From: an uncultured Pseudomonadales bacterium
GTDB taxonomy: Bacteria; Pseudomonadota; Gammaproteobacteria; Pseudomonadales; CANNCY01
Length of the DNA: 64,000 nt
NCBI GenBank assembly: GCA_947503335.1
Contig: CANNCY010000001.1
Span: 946,845 to 1,010,844 of the forward strand
Reading direction: 5' to 3'
The notes under the pieces are model-generated. The model did no database searches, was not told the origin of the DNA, and was given only the letters and a program-made list of their open reading frames with translations. The translations under genes were made by a program, and so were the position numbers. This document shows, in pieces, positions 28,210 to 38,790 of this stretch (within the stretch, counting starts at the first letter, position 1; the number at the start of each line of letters is the position of its first letter).

Positions 28210-30045
28210 TTAACGACTAAATTTGTCTTTGAAAATTTGATTACTGGGTATACCAACATCAGTAATTATTTGTTCCACTTCACTCATCATTGCTTCTGGG
28301 CCGCACAAGTAAAATTCTGTAGACAGGAATTTTACTTTCTGGCTCAAATACGGCAGAAGTACTTGCTGTACATAGCCAGAATGCCCTTGCCATTGTTCTG
28401 AAGGGTTAGAAAGTGTAGGAATATAAGAAAAGTTTTTATGCTGCTCACTCAATAAGTTCAACTCATCGCGGTACAGCAAGTCATCTTCAGTTCGCGCACC
28501 ATAGATGAGAGTCAAGTCACCTTCATCTTGGCGTTTTTTCAACTGTTCAAAAATGATCGCTCTGAGTGGAGCAAGCCCTGAACCAGCACCGATAAAGATG
28601 CGACGAACCTTTTTATCTGAAGTCGCGTAAAAGTCAGAAAAAGGACCTTTTGCCTCTATAGTTTCACCCACCCGCAGTGAACCTAAGTAACTTGAACCTA
28701 TACCTGCTCTAAAGCCATCCTTAGAAGTTTGCCAGCGAATATTGAAGGTTAACTCATCTGTTTCTTGATCAAAGTTAACCAAGGAGTAATGGCGAGTTAC
28801 GCTGTCATGTGAAAACTTTCCATGAGTATAACTTTCCCAGTATTTTTCAAAGTTCTCAGGCATATCATCTGGGCGTAGGCTATTCATCCCTGCTGGCACG
28901 TCAAATTGCATATATGCACCAGCTTTAAATTCCAATTGTTTGCCTGATTTCAGCTTAAATTTCACTTCCTTGATAAAAGGAGTAATGAAATTAGTCGCAA
29001 CCACAACTAGCTCATGATTTTCAATATTGAGATCAGTATTAACTTCAATCGAACTAATTTCAGAGAACCTATGCTGACATCCAAGCCGATAGCCTTCTTT
29101 AAGCTGCTCCTGAGATAAATGTTCCTTCTCAGATAATGTGATCGGTAATTGAGTTGAACTTAAGAACACGCATTTACCGCACGTACCCCCACCACCACAA
29201 CTTGACGACAGGTATACATGTGAACTTGCTAGTCCTTCTAATACCGTTGAGCTACCAATGGCTGAGATGTCAGTAACTGTATTTTCATTGGAAAAAATCA
29301 CTGCCACTTTTTGTCTATTGCGGCTCCAACTTAGCTTCAGTAAACCACTTCGAAACTGTTGTATCAGCCAAGTAACGCCAGTCACCGAAAGTAATAGCGT
29401 TGAAAAAGCAAAGGCAATGATCAACCAATGGTTAAATCCTCCAGAATTGCCATAGTCCATAAAGTGAAGCTTCATCATCAGATCTTTCAATCTGAAATCA
29501 TCATTGGCATGGCGAAGCACTTGCCCTGTAATACTATCTAAATAAATAGTTGTATTATTCTCATCCTCAACGACAACTTGCCACATAGGATTTTGCTGCC
29601 TCACGTGGTCAGAAAATGGAGGCTGAGATAACACTGGAGTAGTTAACTTACCCTCACCTGAGTAGGAGTTTTTTGCCAAAGTTAGTAATTGTTGTTTAGA
29701 CAGATTAAATGGCTTTCCTGTTACAGCATCAAATAGCTTTGAGTGGCGTTCTTGGTAGCTATGCTGTCCCTTATCGAACACAAAGTGATAGTAAGGCTGA
29801 TGTAAAATCCATATAAGTTTTACTTCTTGAGGTGCTTCACTAGTAATGTCTTTAATAGGGATAAATCTAAAGTCTGTAATGTTACCTTCATGATGTGAAT
29901 GAACTCTAAGCTCATTACCACTGGCTTTACTATGATCCATCAAATTGAAGTAAAGGCCCGTTCCCAACCAAATAAGCAGTTGTAAACCAACAAATAAAGA
30001 AAGCCATTTGTGTAACGTTGTATTCAACTTAAATAGTCGCATCAA
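28210..30045 (-). CDS. PepSY-TM membrane domain fused to a 2Fe-2S ferredoxin and an FNR-type flavin reductase
   Basis: 611 aa. CGGGGTCGKC...C ferredoxin cluster, RHYS FAD motif, GAGSGLAPL NAD(P)H motif. The N-terminal half has TM helices and PepSY-like segments. Confidence 0.75.
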   Translation of the reverse strand: MMRLFKLNTTLHKWLSLFVGLQLLIWLGTGLYFNLMDHSKASGNELRVHSHHEGNITDFRFIPIKDITSEAPQEVKLIWILHQPYYHFVFDKGQHSYQERHSKLFDAVTGKPFNLSKQQLLTLAKNSYSGEGKLTTPVLSQPPFSDHVRQQNPMWQVVVEDENNTTIYLDSITGQVLRHANDDFRLKDLMMKLHFMDYGNSGGFNHWLIIAFAFSTLLLSVTGVTWLIQQFRSGLLKLSWSRNRQKVAVIFSNENTVTDISAIGSSTVLEGLASSHVYLSSSCGGGGTCGKCVFLSSTQLPITLSEKEHLSQEQLKEGYRLGCQHRFSEISSIEVNTDLNIENHELVVVATNFITPFIKEVKFKLKSGKQLEFKAGAYMQFDVPAGMNSLRPDDMPENFEKYWESYTHGKFSHDSVTRHYSLVNFDQETDELTFNIRWQTSKDGFRAGIGSSYLGSLRVGETIEAKGPFSDFYATSDKKVRRIFIGAGSGLAPLRAIIFEQLKKRQDEGDLTLIYGARTEDDLLYRDELNLLSEQHKNFSYIPTLSNPSEQWQGHSGYVQQVLLPYLSQKVKFLSTEFYLCGPEAMMSEVEQIITDVGIPSNQIFKDKFSR

Positions 30046-30749
30046 ATGACTCCCTTTTTATTTGGGGAAAGCACTCGATAATAAGTCAATACTGCGCCAG
30101 TAATTGCTCCCATTAAACCTAGAGTTGCGACCAAGAACAAAAACCAGTTAGATACGTTTTCTCCATCATCGTAATCCATAATATGAAAACGCCACATCCA
30201 ATCAAACAAGCGCCAGTAATCATGCCGCTTGGCAACGAGTGCGCCTGTTTGTTGACTTATATAAAATGTTGGTGTGGCGAATTGCTCAAACGTCACTCTC
30301 CAAACGGGTAAGTGTCTTGGAGACAATTCAGCAGGCATATCAGTCACTGACTTAATCAGCCTTGTGCTGTTGATTTCATGATTCATCGCATAGTGATATT
30401 GCGCGATTTCTTTAGCTTTGATTTCATCAACAAGGGCTTGAACAGCCCCTGTTTTAGCATCAATTGCCATTTTCCCCTGTTCTCCATTAATAAAAGAATA
30501 CAAAGGGTTGCCCATGCTTTGGGTAAGCCTGACTTGACTAGCTTCAGGATAGTCAGCAGCAAGTTCTACAATGGAGTAATCCACATCTGCTAAATCTATT
30601 TTGGCTTGCTCACTCTTAGCCAATGTTTCGCCGTGTATATAGTGAATATCCATAGTCACCATATACACACCAGTAATAGAGCAAAACAGAAATTGTATTC
30701 CGACAAATGCCATAAGCCATTTGTGATATTTTCTAACTCTGCTAAGCAT
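30042..30749 (-). CDS. PepSY-associated TM protein
   Basis: 235 aa. N- and C-terminal TM helices flank a PepSY-like periplasmic part. Has 8-nt and 4-nt overlaps with its neighbours. Confidence 0.65.
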   Translation of the reverse strand: MLSRVRKYHKWLMAFVGIQFLFCSITGVYMVTMDIHYIHGETLAKSEQAKIDLADVDYSIVELAADYPEASQVRLTQSMGNPLYSFINGEQGKMAIDAKTGAVQALVDEIKAKEIAQYHYAMNHEINSTRLIKSVTDMPAELSPRHLPVWRVTFEQFATPTFYISQQTGALVAKRHDYWRLFDWMWRFHIMDYDDGENVSNWFLFLVATLGLMGAITGAVLTYYRVLSPNKKGVI

Positions 30750-33700
30750 TATTCTCTAGCTCCAAGTTAGAAAGCCCTTTGTTAAAGGCATTTACTTCAG
30801 GCTTTTTAACGATTGAGTAAATCGCAGGAAGCACAATAAGAGTGAGCAGCACAGCACTTGTCATTCCGCCTACCATAGGTGCAGCAATACGACTCATAAC
30901 CTCTGAGCCAGTTCCCGTACCATATAAAATAGGCATTAAGCCGATAATGATTGTGGCTACCGTCATCATTACTGGGCGCACACGTAAGCCAGCACCGTGT
31001 AATAATGCATCTTGGTACGCGTCATCTGATATAAGTTCCGCTCGCTCCTCGGCTTTTTCTTTAAGCTCAGCAAGTGCTTGATTGAGGTAGACCAGCATGA
31101 TCACGCCAATCTCAACCGCAACACCAGCCAACGCAATAAAGCCCACTCCGACGGCAACTGAGAAATTAAAGCCTTCCAGATACATTAACCATAAGCCACC
31201 AATCATTGCCATCGGCAGCGTAACGATAATGATAGCCACTTCACTAAACGCTCTGAAATTTAGGTAAAGTAAAATCACAATAATGGCGAGTGTTAAAGGC
31301 AGTACATAGGTGAGCTTTTCTTTTGCTCTTTCCATATATTCGTATTGCCCAGCCCAATTAATTGAATATCCTGCTGGTAAAGTCAGGTTACTTGCTAAGT
31401 ATTCCTTGGCGTTTTCAACATAAGTACCAACATCAACGCCATCGATATCAATGAAAGTCCAACCATTGATTCTGGCGTTCTCACTCTTAATACCCGGAGG
31501 ACCATTTTCCACTCGAATATCAGCAACATCACCTAGTGCAATGCGTTGACCATTTGGTGTTACAACGGGTAATCGTGATAGCTGCTCAGGAGAATCTCGG
31601 TAATCTTGCGGATAACGTAAGTTAACAGGGTAACGCTCTTGACCTTCTATCGTTTGAGCTACATTCATTCCGCCAATAGCAGTAGAAACCACTTGTTGGA
31701 CATCTTCGATATTTAACCCAAAGCGACTTGCCTTATCTCGTGAAATATCAACCTTGATATATCGTCCACCTGCAACTCGCTCAGAGTAAACTGACGCTGT
31801 GCCTGTCACTTCTGGCAATAGTTGTTCTATTTGTTGGCCGATTTCCTGAATTACATCAAGCTCTGGTCCGGCGACTTTTATACCCACAGGCGTTTTTATA
31901 CCTGTAGCTAACATATCGATGCGGGTCTTGATTGGCATAACCCAAGCATTCGTTAAGCCCGGAAACTTAACCAACTTATCAAACTCTGCTTTTAACGACT
32001 CAGTTGTCACGCCTTCTCGCCACTGTTCTTGTGGCTTCAATTGAATAAAGGTTTCAATCATAGTTAGAGGCGCTGGGTCCGTTGCAGTTTCGGCTCGTCC
32101 TACTTTACCGAAAACATTTTCAACCTCTGGTACAGTGCGGATAAGCTTGTCCGTTTGCTGTAATAACTCTCTTGCTTTACCAATGGAAATACCGGGATAG
32201 GTAGTAGGCATATACATGAGATCGCCTTCATCCAATGGAGGAATGAATTCACTACCAATTTTATCGACAGGCCAAAAACCAACGATCGTCACTAATACTG
32301 CTGCTACTATTGTCGATTTTGGAAACTTCATGACCTGCTTTAAAACAGGCATGTAGATAGCAATCAATAATCGGTTTAACGGGTTTTTCTTTTCAGAGAC
32401 GACTTTGCCTCGAATAAAGTAACCCATCAAAACAGGCACCAATGTTATTGCCAAGCCTGCTGATGCTGCCATTGCATAGGTTTTAGTATATGCAAGAGGT
32501 GAGAACATTCTGCCTTCTTGCGCTTCCAGAATAAAAACAGGCAAGAACGAAACAGTAATTATCAGTAAGCTAAAAAATAATGCAGGTCCTACTTCACTCG
32601 CAGCCTTAGCGACAATTTGCCAGCGGTTTTCATCTGTTAGCGGTGTTTTCTCCATATGTTTATGCATATTTTCAATCATCACTATTGCACCATCAGTCAT
32701 CGCACCAATCGCAATAGCGATACCGCCCAACGACATAATATTGGCATTGATGCCTTGCATATACATGATGATAAACGACACCAAGATGCCTAATGGTAGA
32801 GTAACAACTGCAACAATTGATGAACGAAGATGAAATAGGAAAGCAACACAGACAATCGCAACGACTGCAAGTTCCTCAAGCAACTTACTCCAAAGGTTAT
32901 CAACAGCACGATCTATTAACTTCGATCTGTCATAAACAGGGACAATCTCTACCCCCTCTGGTAGAGAAGATTTCAGTGACTCTAGCTTTTCTTTTACACC
33001 ATTTATGGTTTGTTGTGCGTTTTCACCAAAGCGCATAACGACAACACCACCAACAACTTCGCCTTCACCATTTAGCTCTGCGATACCACGGCGCATTTGT
33101 GGTCCTAAATTCACGGTAGCAACATCACCAATACGCAACGGTGTACCTTGCTCGTTAATGCCAAGCGGAATTTTCTCTATGTCACCAACTGATTGAATAT
33201 ATCCCGTTGCAGTAACCATATACTCAGCTTCCGCCATTTCCACAACGGATGCGCCAGTTTCTTTATTGCCTCGTTTAAGTGCCATTTGAATATGACTTAA
33301 CGGCACGTTATAAGCTCTGAGCTTGTCGGGATCGACTTGCACTTGATATTGCTTAACCATACCGCCAACGGCTGCAACTTCTGACACGCCCGGAACAGTT
33401 TGCAATTCATACTTTAAAAACCAATCTTGAATACTTCTTAATTGGCTTAAGTCATGGTTACCTGACTTATCTGTTAAAGCATAAATGTATACCCAGCCAA
33501 CGCCTGTTGCATCAGGTCCTAATTGAGGCTTTGCTGAATCAGGTAAGCTTGATGCTACTTGGCTTAAGTATTCAAGCACTCTGCTTCTCGCCCAATACAA
33601 ATCAGTATCATCATCAAAAATGATATAGACGTAGGAGTCACCAAAAAATGAGTAACCACGAACAGTTTGCGCTCCCGGTACAGACAACATGGCTGTAGTA

Positions 33701-33909
33701 AGAGGGAAAGTCACTTGATCTTGCACAACCTGTGGCGCTTGTCCCGGATAGCTTGTCTTAATAATGACCTGTACGTCTGAAAGGTCTGGAATTGCATCTA
33801 CGGGCGTTTTTTGTAAAGAATACAAACCGCCAAAAGCAATAATTAAGGTAACCAGCAACACAAAGAAACGATTGCCGATTGACCATCTAATAATTGATTC
33901 AATCATCAC
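30742..33909 (-). CDS. cusA: Cu(I)/Ag(I) efflux RND pump CusA
   Basis: 1055 aa. TPVDAIPDLSDVQVIIKTSYPGQAPQ and WARSRVLEYL are nearly identical to my recollection of E. coli CusA. Confidence 0.92.
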   Translation of the reverse strand: MMIESIIRWSIGNRFFVLLVTLIIAFGGLYSLQKTPVDAIPDLSDVQVIIKTSYPGQAPQVVQDQVTFPLTTAMLSVPGAQTVRGYSFFGDSYVYIIFDDDTDLYWARSRVLEYLSQVASSLPDSAKPQLGPDATGVGWVYIYALTDKSGNHDLSQLRSIQDWFLKYELQTVPGVSEVAAVGGMVKQYQVQVDPDKLRAYNVPLSHIQMALKRGNKETGASVVEMAEAEYMVTATGYIQSVGDIEKIPLGINEQGTPLRIGDVATVNLGPQMRRGIAELNGEGEVVGGVVVMRFGENAQQTINGVKEKLESLKSSLPEGVEIVPVYDRSKLIDRAVDNLWSKLLEELAVVAIVCVAFLFHLRSSIVAVVTLPLGILVSFIIMYMQGINANIMSLGGIAIAIGAMTDGAIVMIENMHKHMEKTPLTDENRWQIVAKAASEVGPALFFSLLIITVSFLPVFILEAQEGRMFSPLAYTKTYAMAASAGLAITLVPVLMGYFIRGKVVSEKKNPLNRLLIAIYMPVLKQVMKFPKSTIVAAVLVTIVGFWPVDKIGSEFIPPLDEGDLMYMPTTYPGISIGKARELLQQTDKLIRTVPEVENVFGKVGRAETATDPAPLTMIETFIQLKPQEQWREGVTTESLKAEFDKLVKFPGLTNAWVMPIKTRIDMLATGIKTPVGIKVAGPELDVIQEIGQQIEQLLPEVTGTASVYSERVAGGRYIKVDISRDKASRFGLNIEDVQQVVSTAIGGMNVAQTIEGQERYPVNLRYPQDYRDSPEQLSRLPVVTPNGQRIALGDVADIRVENGPPGIKSENARINGWTFIDIDGVDVGTYVENAKEYLASNLTLPAGYSINWAGQYEYMERAKEKLTYVLPLTLAIIVILLYLNFRAFSEVAIIIVTLPMAMIGGLWLMYLEGFNFSVAVGVGFIALAGVAVEIGVIMLVYLNQALAELKEKAEERAELISDDAYQDALLHGAGLRVRPVMMTVATIIIGLMPILYGTGTGSEVMSRIAAPMVGGMTSAVLLTLIVLPAIYSIVKKPEVNAFNKGLSNLELENNA

Positions 33910-33921
33910 TTATCTCCCAAC

Positions 33922-35679
33922 TTAATGATTCGAATGGTCAACAGCACTTTTTTGTTCATGCTCGTGTTGATCATCAGATTCAAGGGAAATTTCAGTTATC
34001 ACTAAGTCATCTCTTACCTCAAAGGTGAAAGTGACATTATCACCAACATTGAAATCAGCCATTTCTATATTGTCCGCGACGATAAAATCCATCGTCGCAG
34101 AAGGTCTATCCCATTTCTCTATTGGGCCTCTGCTAATATTTAGAATCCGTGTATCAATATCAATCGCATTGATCAAACCTGATACGGTTGCTGATGATAC
34201 TTCAGGCTCACTCATGATATGAATTCCAGTAACTTCATATCCACCGTCTTCGGTTTTGCTCACTTCAAAGTGCAAAGATTGACCAGACTTCAGTGAATCA
34301 ATATCTACCTTTTCACCCACATCGAAGTCCATTGTCATTTCAGGCCAACCCCAAGCCTCAGCAGGGCCATGAGTAATATTAACCATACGATGCCCCGCCA
34401 TGACGCTGTTGATTTCGCCTTCCATCCAAACAGAGTTAGGCACTTGGTCATGAGTCATTCGTTTAAAATCAGAGTTTTTACTTGATTCAGAATCAATCAA
34501 GAATTGAGCAGATGTCACCACAACATCATCTTCATTAAGACCCTCTAAGATTTCGATACTATCGATATCAACCCGGCCAATTGTCACTTCGATAGACTTA
34601 AATTGCCCATCCCCCAAGGCAAGTACAACTCTGTCTTGTTTACCAGTGCGAATGACGGCTTCTTTAGGTACGAGTATGGTGCTATCAGCTTGATTAGCGT
34701 GAATAGATACTTGTGCAAACATGTTTGGTTTTAATTGATAGTCTGGGTTATCAAACTTCAGCCTCACTCTGAGAGTACGCGTTTTACTGTTTAATGTTGG
34801 ATAGACATAATCAACAACACCAGCCCAGTCTTCACCCGGTAAGTAATCCAGTGTCATTGAAACTGGCAGACCTTCTTTAATCAGGGCGGCATCCCGTTCA
34901 AAAACCTCAGCTTCAACCCAAACTTGATCTAACTGACCAATGCTTAGAAGAGTATTCCCCGGTTTGACGTAGAAGCCTTCTCTAACTTTCAGGCCATCAA
35001 CAACACCCGCCTGAGGGGAGTAAAAGGTGATGGTTTGCTGTACCTTTCTTGTTTTTTCTAGCTTTTGAATAAAGTCTGCTGAAAGCTGCAACGCTTTCAG
35101 ACGATCTTTAGCTGCTGAAATTAAAGAACTGTTATTGCGTTTTAACGCTATTAACAGTTCTTCTTGCGCGTTAACTAACTGAGGAGAATATAGCGTGTAA
35201 AGAGGTTGCCCTTTTTCTACAGGGTTACCTGCTGCTTTGATGTAAAGCTTTTCAATCCAACCATCAACACGTGGGTGGATATGAATTAGCTTATCTTCAT
35301 CATATTGAACGTAACCTACCGTTGAGATTTCAGTATGCATATTTTTTAGTTCAACAGGTGAGGTGCGAACCCCAAGGTTATTCACGACATGAGGCGCAAT
35401 TTTTACTGCTCCGGGGCCAAAGTCATCACCAGATGATTCTTCCTCATACACAGGAATTAAATCCATCCCCATAGGCGACTTACCGGGCTTGTCCCGGCGG
35501 TAATTAGAGTCCATCGGTGCTACCCAATACAGCGGCTTTTTCTCTGCTGATACAGCTTCATCAGTATTACTGTTTGAACCTGTACCTTGATATAAGCTCA
35601 ATGCTCCTGCACCTAGTGCTGCCCCAATAATGACGGCAACTATTAGTTTCAAATTTGGTGTTTTAGAATTCGTTGACAT
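33922..35679 (-). CDS. cusB: CusB adaptor with two C-terminal CusF-like domains
   Basis: 585 aa. The N-terminus has PMDSNYRRDKPGKSPMGMDL (CusB Met motif). The C-terminus carries WGWPEMTMDF and WDRPSATMDF repeats (CusF signature). Confidence 0.85.
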   Translation of the reverse strand: MSTNSKTPNLKLIVAVIIGAALGAGALSLYQGTGSNSNTDEAVSAEKKPLYWVAPMDSNYRRDKPGKSPMGMDLIPVYEEESSGDDFGPGAVKIAPHVVNNLGVRTSPVELKNMHTEISTVGYVQYDEDKLIHIHPRVDGWIEKLYIKAAGNPVEKGQPLYTLYSPQLVNAQEELLIALKRNNSSLISAAKDRLKALQLSADFIQKLEKTRKVQQTITFYSPQAGVVDGLKVREGFYVKPGNTLLSIGQLDQVWVEAEVFERDAALIKEGLPVSMTLDYLPGEDWAGVVDYVYPTLNSKTRTLRVRLKFDNPDYQLKPNMFAQVSIHANQADSTILVPKEAVIRTGKQDRVVLALGDGQFKSIEVTIGRVDIDSIEILEGLNEDDVVVTSAQFLIDSESSKNSDFKRMTHDQVPNSVWMEGEINSVMAGHRMVNITHGPAEAWGWPEMTMDFDVGEKVDIDSLKSGQSLHFEVSKTEDGGYEVTGIHIMSEPEVSSATVSGLINAIDIDTRILNISRGPIEKWDRPSATMDFIVADNIEMADFNVGDNVTFTFEVRDDLVITEISLESDDQHEHEQKSAVDHSNH

Positions 35680-37106
35680 TATTTTTCTCCAAATTGCTGA
35701 TTGGATAAGTGCTGATTAGTTTTGTGCGAAGTGTGCATAGGCTTATGTTCAGCATTTGATTTAGATTGAGAATGCGCAAAGAAATAGTTGATGCGAGCTA
35801 CTGTTTTAAGTGCGTCAACGTCAATTCTTAAGGCTGATATTCTGGCGTTTAATTCTGCGATTCTTGCACGAACAACTTCGGCAAAATCACCATCATCGTT
35901 TGTGTAGGCCGTCAATGACGCTTCCGCTTGGTCATGAGTTTGTTTAAGGAGTTGTTCTTGATAGATAGATTGTCTATCAGATAAACGTTTAAGCTGCCTA
36001 AGCTCCTTTTCCACCGCACTGATCATTTGCTTTGTCAGCAATAGTTTCTCGGTTTTAACAGCCTCTGAATCTGCAATAGAAGCGGCAACTTGCTTATCTT
36101 GTCTGTTCTCGGTAAACAACGGTAAATCAAACGTTACCCCAACAGAAAATAAATCAGCTCGGCTATCACCAGAAGGCATATTGTCACGATAGGCATAGCT
36201 CGCATTAACACCCCATTGCGGCTCATATTGCTGTTTAGCTAACTCAACTCCTTTTTCTGAAGCTTTGCGTTTTACATCAATTGCAAGTATGGCTGGATGA
36301 TTAGCAAGTGCCTGAGCCAATAGATTTCTTGAGTAATTAGATGCTTTTAGGACTGTTGGATTAATCAATCGAATCAAAGGCAATTCTTTTGAGACGCTAA
36401 ACTCTAGTGGTTGCGCATCAAAGTTGAATGATTCATTCAATCGGTCAGCATCGTAAATATGAAGCCACTCATTAAGGCGAGCGATTGTCGTTTCTAGTTT
36501 CTGCTTTTGCGAAGTTAATCTGTCATCTAACTGTACGATTTCCAATTGAGCACGAATAACATCTTGCTGTCTGGTTTTACCAACAACGTTTGAGTAGCTA
36601 GCTTTAGCCACTTCCGCCATCTGCTCAAAAAGCGCCCAATCTGCTTCAATCAATTTAATGGTTTGTTGGGCTAAGTACGCATCTAACCAAAGCTGTGACA
36701 CTTGGCTTTTCAACTTCGCTTTACGATCCTCACGTAGCAATGGAAATTTCGTGGACTCAATTTTTAACTGGTCTTGTTTGATCTCTAGGCTATCTCCTCT
36801 CGGAAACATTTGAGAGACACCAACCTTTAGCTGAGTCATTCCTTCCTGATCTAAATCCCAAGTATCTGTTGGTAAATTCATTATCCCTAGTGATACTTTC
36901 GGATCAGGCAAAGTACCTGAAGCGATACTTCTATTCTCAACCGCACTTTGTTTCAATCGACTACCATGAAGCCAAGGATCATTTTGCTGGGCTAAGGTGA
37001 TGGCTTGTTCAAGCGACACTACTTTTTCAGCTTGAGCAGAGAATACTGACAAGCTGAGCATTAGCGCAGTTGAAAGTGAAGTAAGGTTTGCAGTGTTCAA
37101 TTTCAT
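35679..37106 (-). CDS. cusC: TolC-family outer membrane factor CusC
   Basis: 475 aa with a signal peptide and OEP repeats. Start/stop abut the neighbouring genes. Confidence 0.85.
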   Translation of the reverse strand: MKLNTANLTSLSTALMLSLSVFSAQAEKVVSLEQAITLAQQNDPWLHGSRLKQSAVENRSIASGTLPDPKVSLGIMNLPTDTWDLDQEGMTQLKVGVSQMFPRGDSLEIKQDQLKIESTKFPLLREDRKAKLKSQVSQLWLDAYLAQQTIKLIEADWALFEQMAEVAKASYSNVVGKTRQQDVIRAQLEIVQLDDRLTSQKQKLETTIARLNEWLHIYDADRLNESFNFDAQPLEFSVSKELPLIRLINPTVLKASNYSRNLLAQALANHPAILAIDVKRKASEKGVELAKQQYEPQWGVNASYAYRDNMPSGDSRADLFSVGVTFDLPLFTENRQDKQVAASIADSEAVKTEKLLLTKQMISAVEKELRQLKRLSDRQSIYQEQLLKQTHDQAEASLTAYTNDDGDFAEVVRARIAELNARISALRIDVDALKTVARINYFFAHSQSKSNAEHKPMHTSHKTNQHLSNQQFGEK

Positions 37107-37603
37107 TAGAATTGCTCCTCGTAGCTCTTAACTTTTGCATAGACTTTGCTCGTTCCATCTTTAAATAGAATTAACACGTTGTATGGCATAAAGCGGTCAC
37201 CGACTTCCATACCGGGAGAGCCAACTGGCATTGCTGGAACTGAAAGCCCAATCGCATTGGGATGTTCTTCTGATAAGAACTGCTGAATAAATTTAGCGGG
37301 TACATGACCTTCAAAGGCAAATCCATTTCTACTCACTGCCGTGTGACAGGAGCGGTAATTAGGCTTAATACCATACTTAGTTTTGATATTGCCGATGTTT
37401 CGGAAATCTTTGGAATGCGCAACGATCCCTTCGTCTTCAATATGAGTTATCCATTTTTTACAACACCCACAAGTAGGGGTTTTATAAACGATTAACTCTA
37501 AAGGTGTTACGTCGTGATTGTCTGTATGGTTATGTTCATTAGCGTTTGCAAACGCAGGTGAAAGCAGCATTAAAACTGCTATTTTTAAATACTTATTGAT
37601 CAT
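37106..37603 (-). CDS. DUF411 (CopG-like) periplasmic metal-binding protein
   Basis: 165 aa. Signal peptide, TPTCGCCKKW, H..VP and PVGSPGME motifs. Confidence 0.8.
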   Translation of the reverse strand: MINKYLKIAVLMLLSPAFANANEHNHTDNHDVTPLELIVYKTPTCGCCKKWITHIEDEGIVAHSKDFRNIGNIKTKYGIKPNYRSCHTAVSRNGFAFEGHVPAKFIQQFLSEEHPNAIGLSVPAMPVGSPGMEVGDRFMPYNVLILFKDGTSKVYAKVKSYEEQF

Positions 37604-37710
37604 TTTTGCCCCCAGACATCGCTGGAAAATATCTATAGCGCTACTACGCTATGTTGACTAACAGAAAAATTTATTACATGTGCGCGAAATTTGGGCGCAC
37701 TAATCCTGTA

Positions 37711-38091
37711 TTAGGCAAAAATCGGTGGACGATAAAGGGAAGTGGAAATTGAATGAGGTTGTTTAGATTGCAGAGCAGCTACAGATTCACTCAATATTTG
37801 AATATCTGTCGAATCAATACTGGAACTTAGTACTGTAGTAGATGAACAAGCATTTGCCGGACAAACACATTCAACATCACAACAATCTTCTGACTGACCA
37901 TTACTGCTTTTATTCATATCACCATGATTCATTCCTTCATGATGACTCATCTTGGAATGATCCATGTTCATATGTGACTCGTGAGAGCCTGAAGACATTT
38001 CGCAAGACATAGCAGAATACGCAAATGCTTGCCCTACAAAGGCAATCAGCATAAGCGCTATTACTAAGACTTTTGAAAATGCTTTAGACAT
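37711..38091 (-). CDS. Small secreted His/Met/Cys-rich protein (leader gene of the cus operon)
   Basis: 126 aa with a signal peptide. HESHMNMDHSKMSHHEGMNHGDM and CCDVECVCPANAC. Ends in LYRPPIFA, like the RPP end of 17375..17746. Confidence 0.5.
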   Translation of the reverse strand: MSKAFSKVLVIALMLIAFVGQAFAYSAMSCEMSSGSHESHMNMDHSKMSHHEGMNHGDMNKSSNGQSEDCCDVECVCPANACSSTTVLSSSIDSTDIQILSESVAALQSKQPHSISTSLYRPPIFA

Positions 38092-38209
38092 AAAATTCTC
38101 TTACAAGTACACAAATCCAATACTAATGTAAATTTTCGACTAAGTAAATTGATGCTGTGTAAACATATTATGAGTATTTGACTATCATCAATTTTTTCAA
38201 AGGGGTGAG

Positions 38210-38790
<581 letters not shown>

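Noticed and set aside
30378-35474. Antisense or off-frame ORFs inside the PepSY gene, cusA and cusB (30378..30593, 30842..31081, 32100..32282, 32817..33038, 33005..33196, 34025..34222, 35271..35474).
   Set aside because: Same reasoning: they are nested in well-supported genes and have no independent support.
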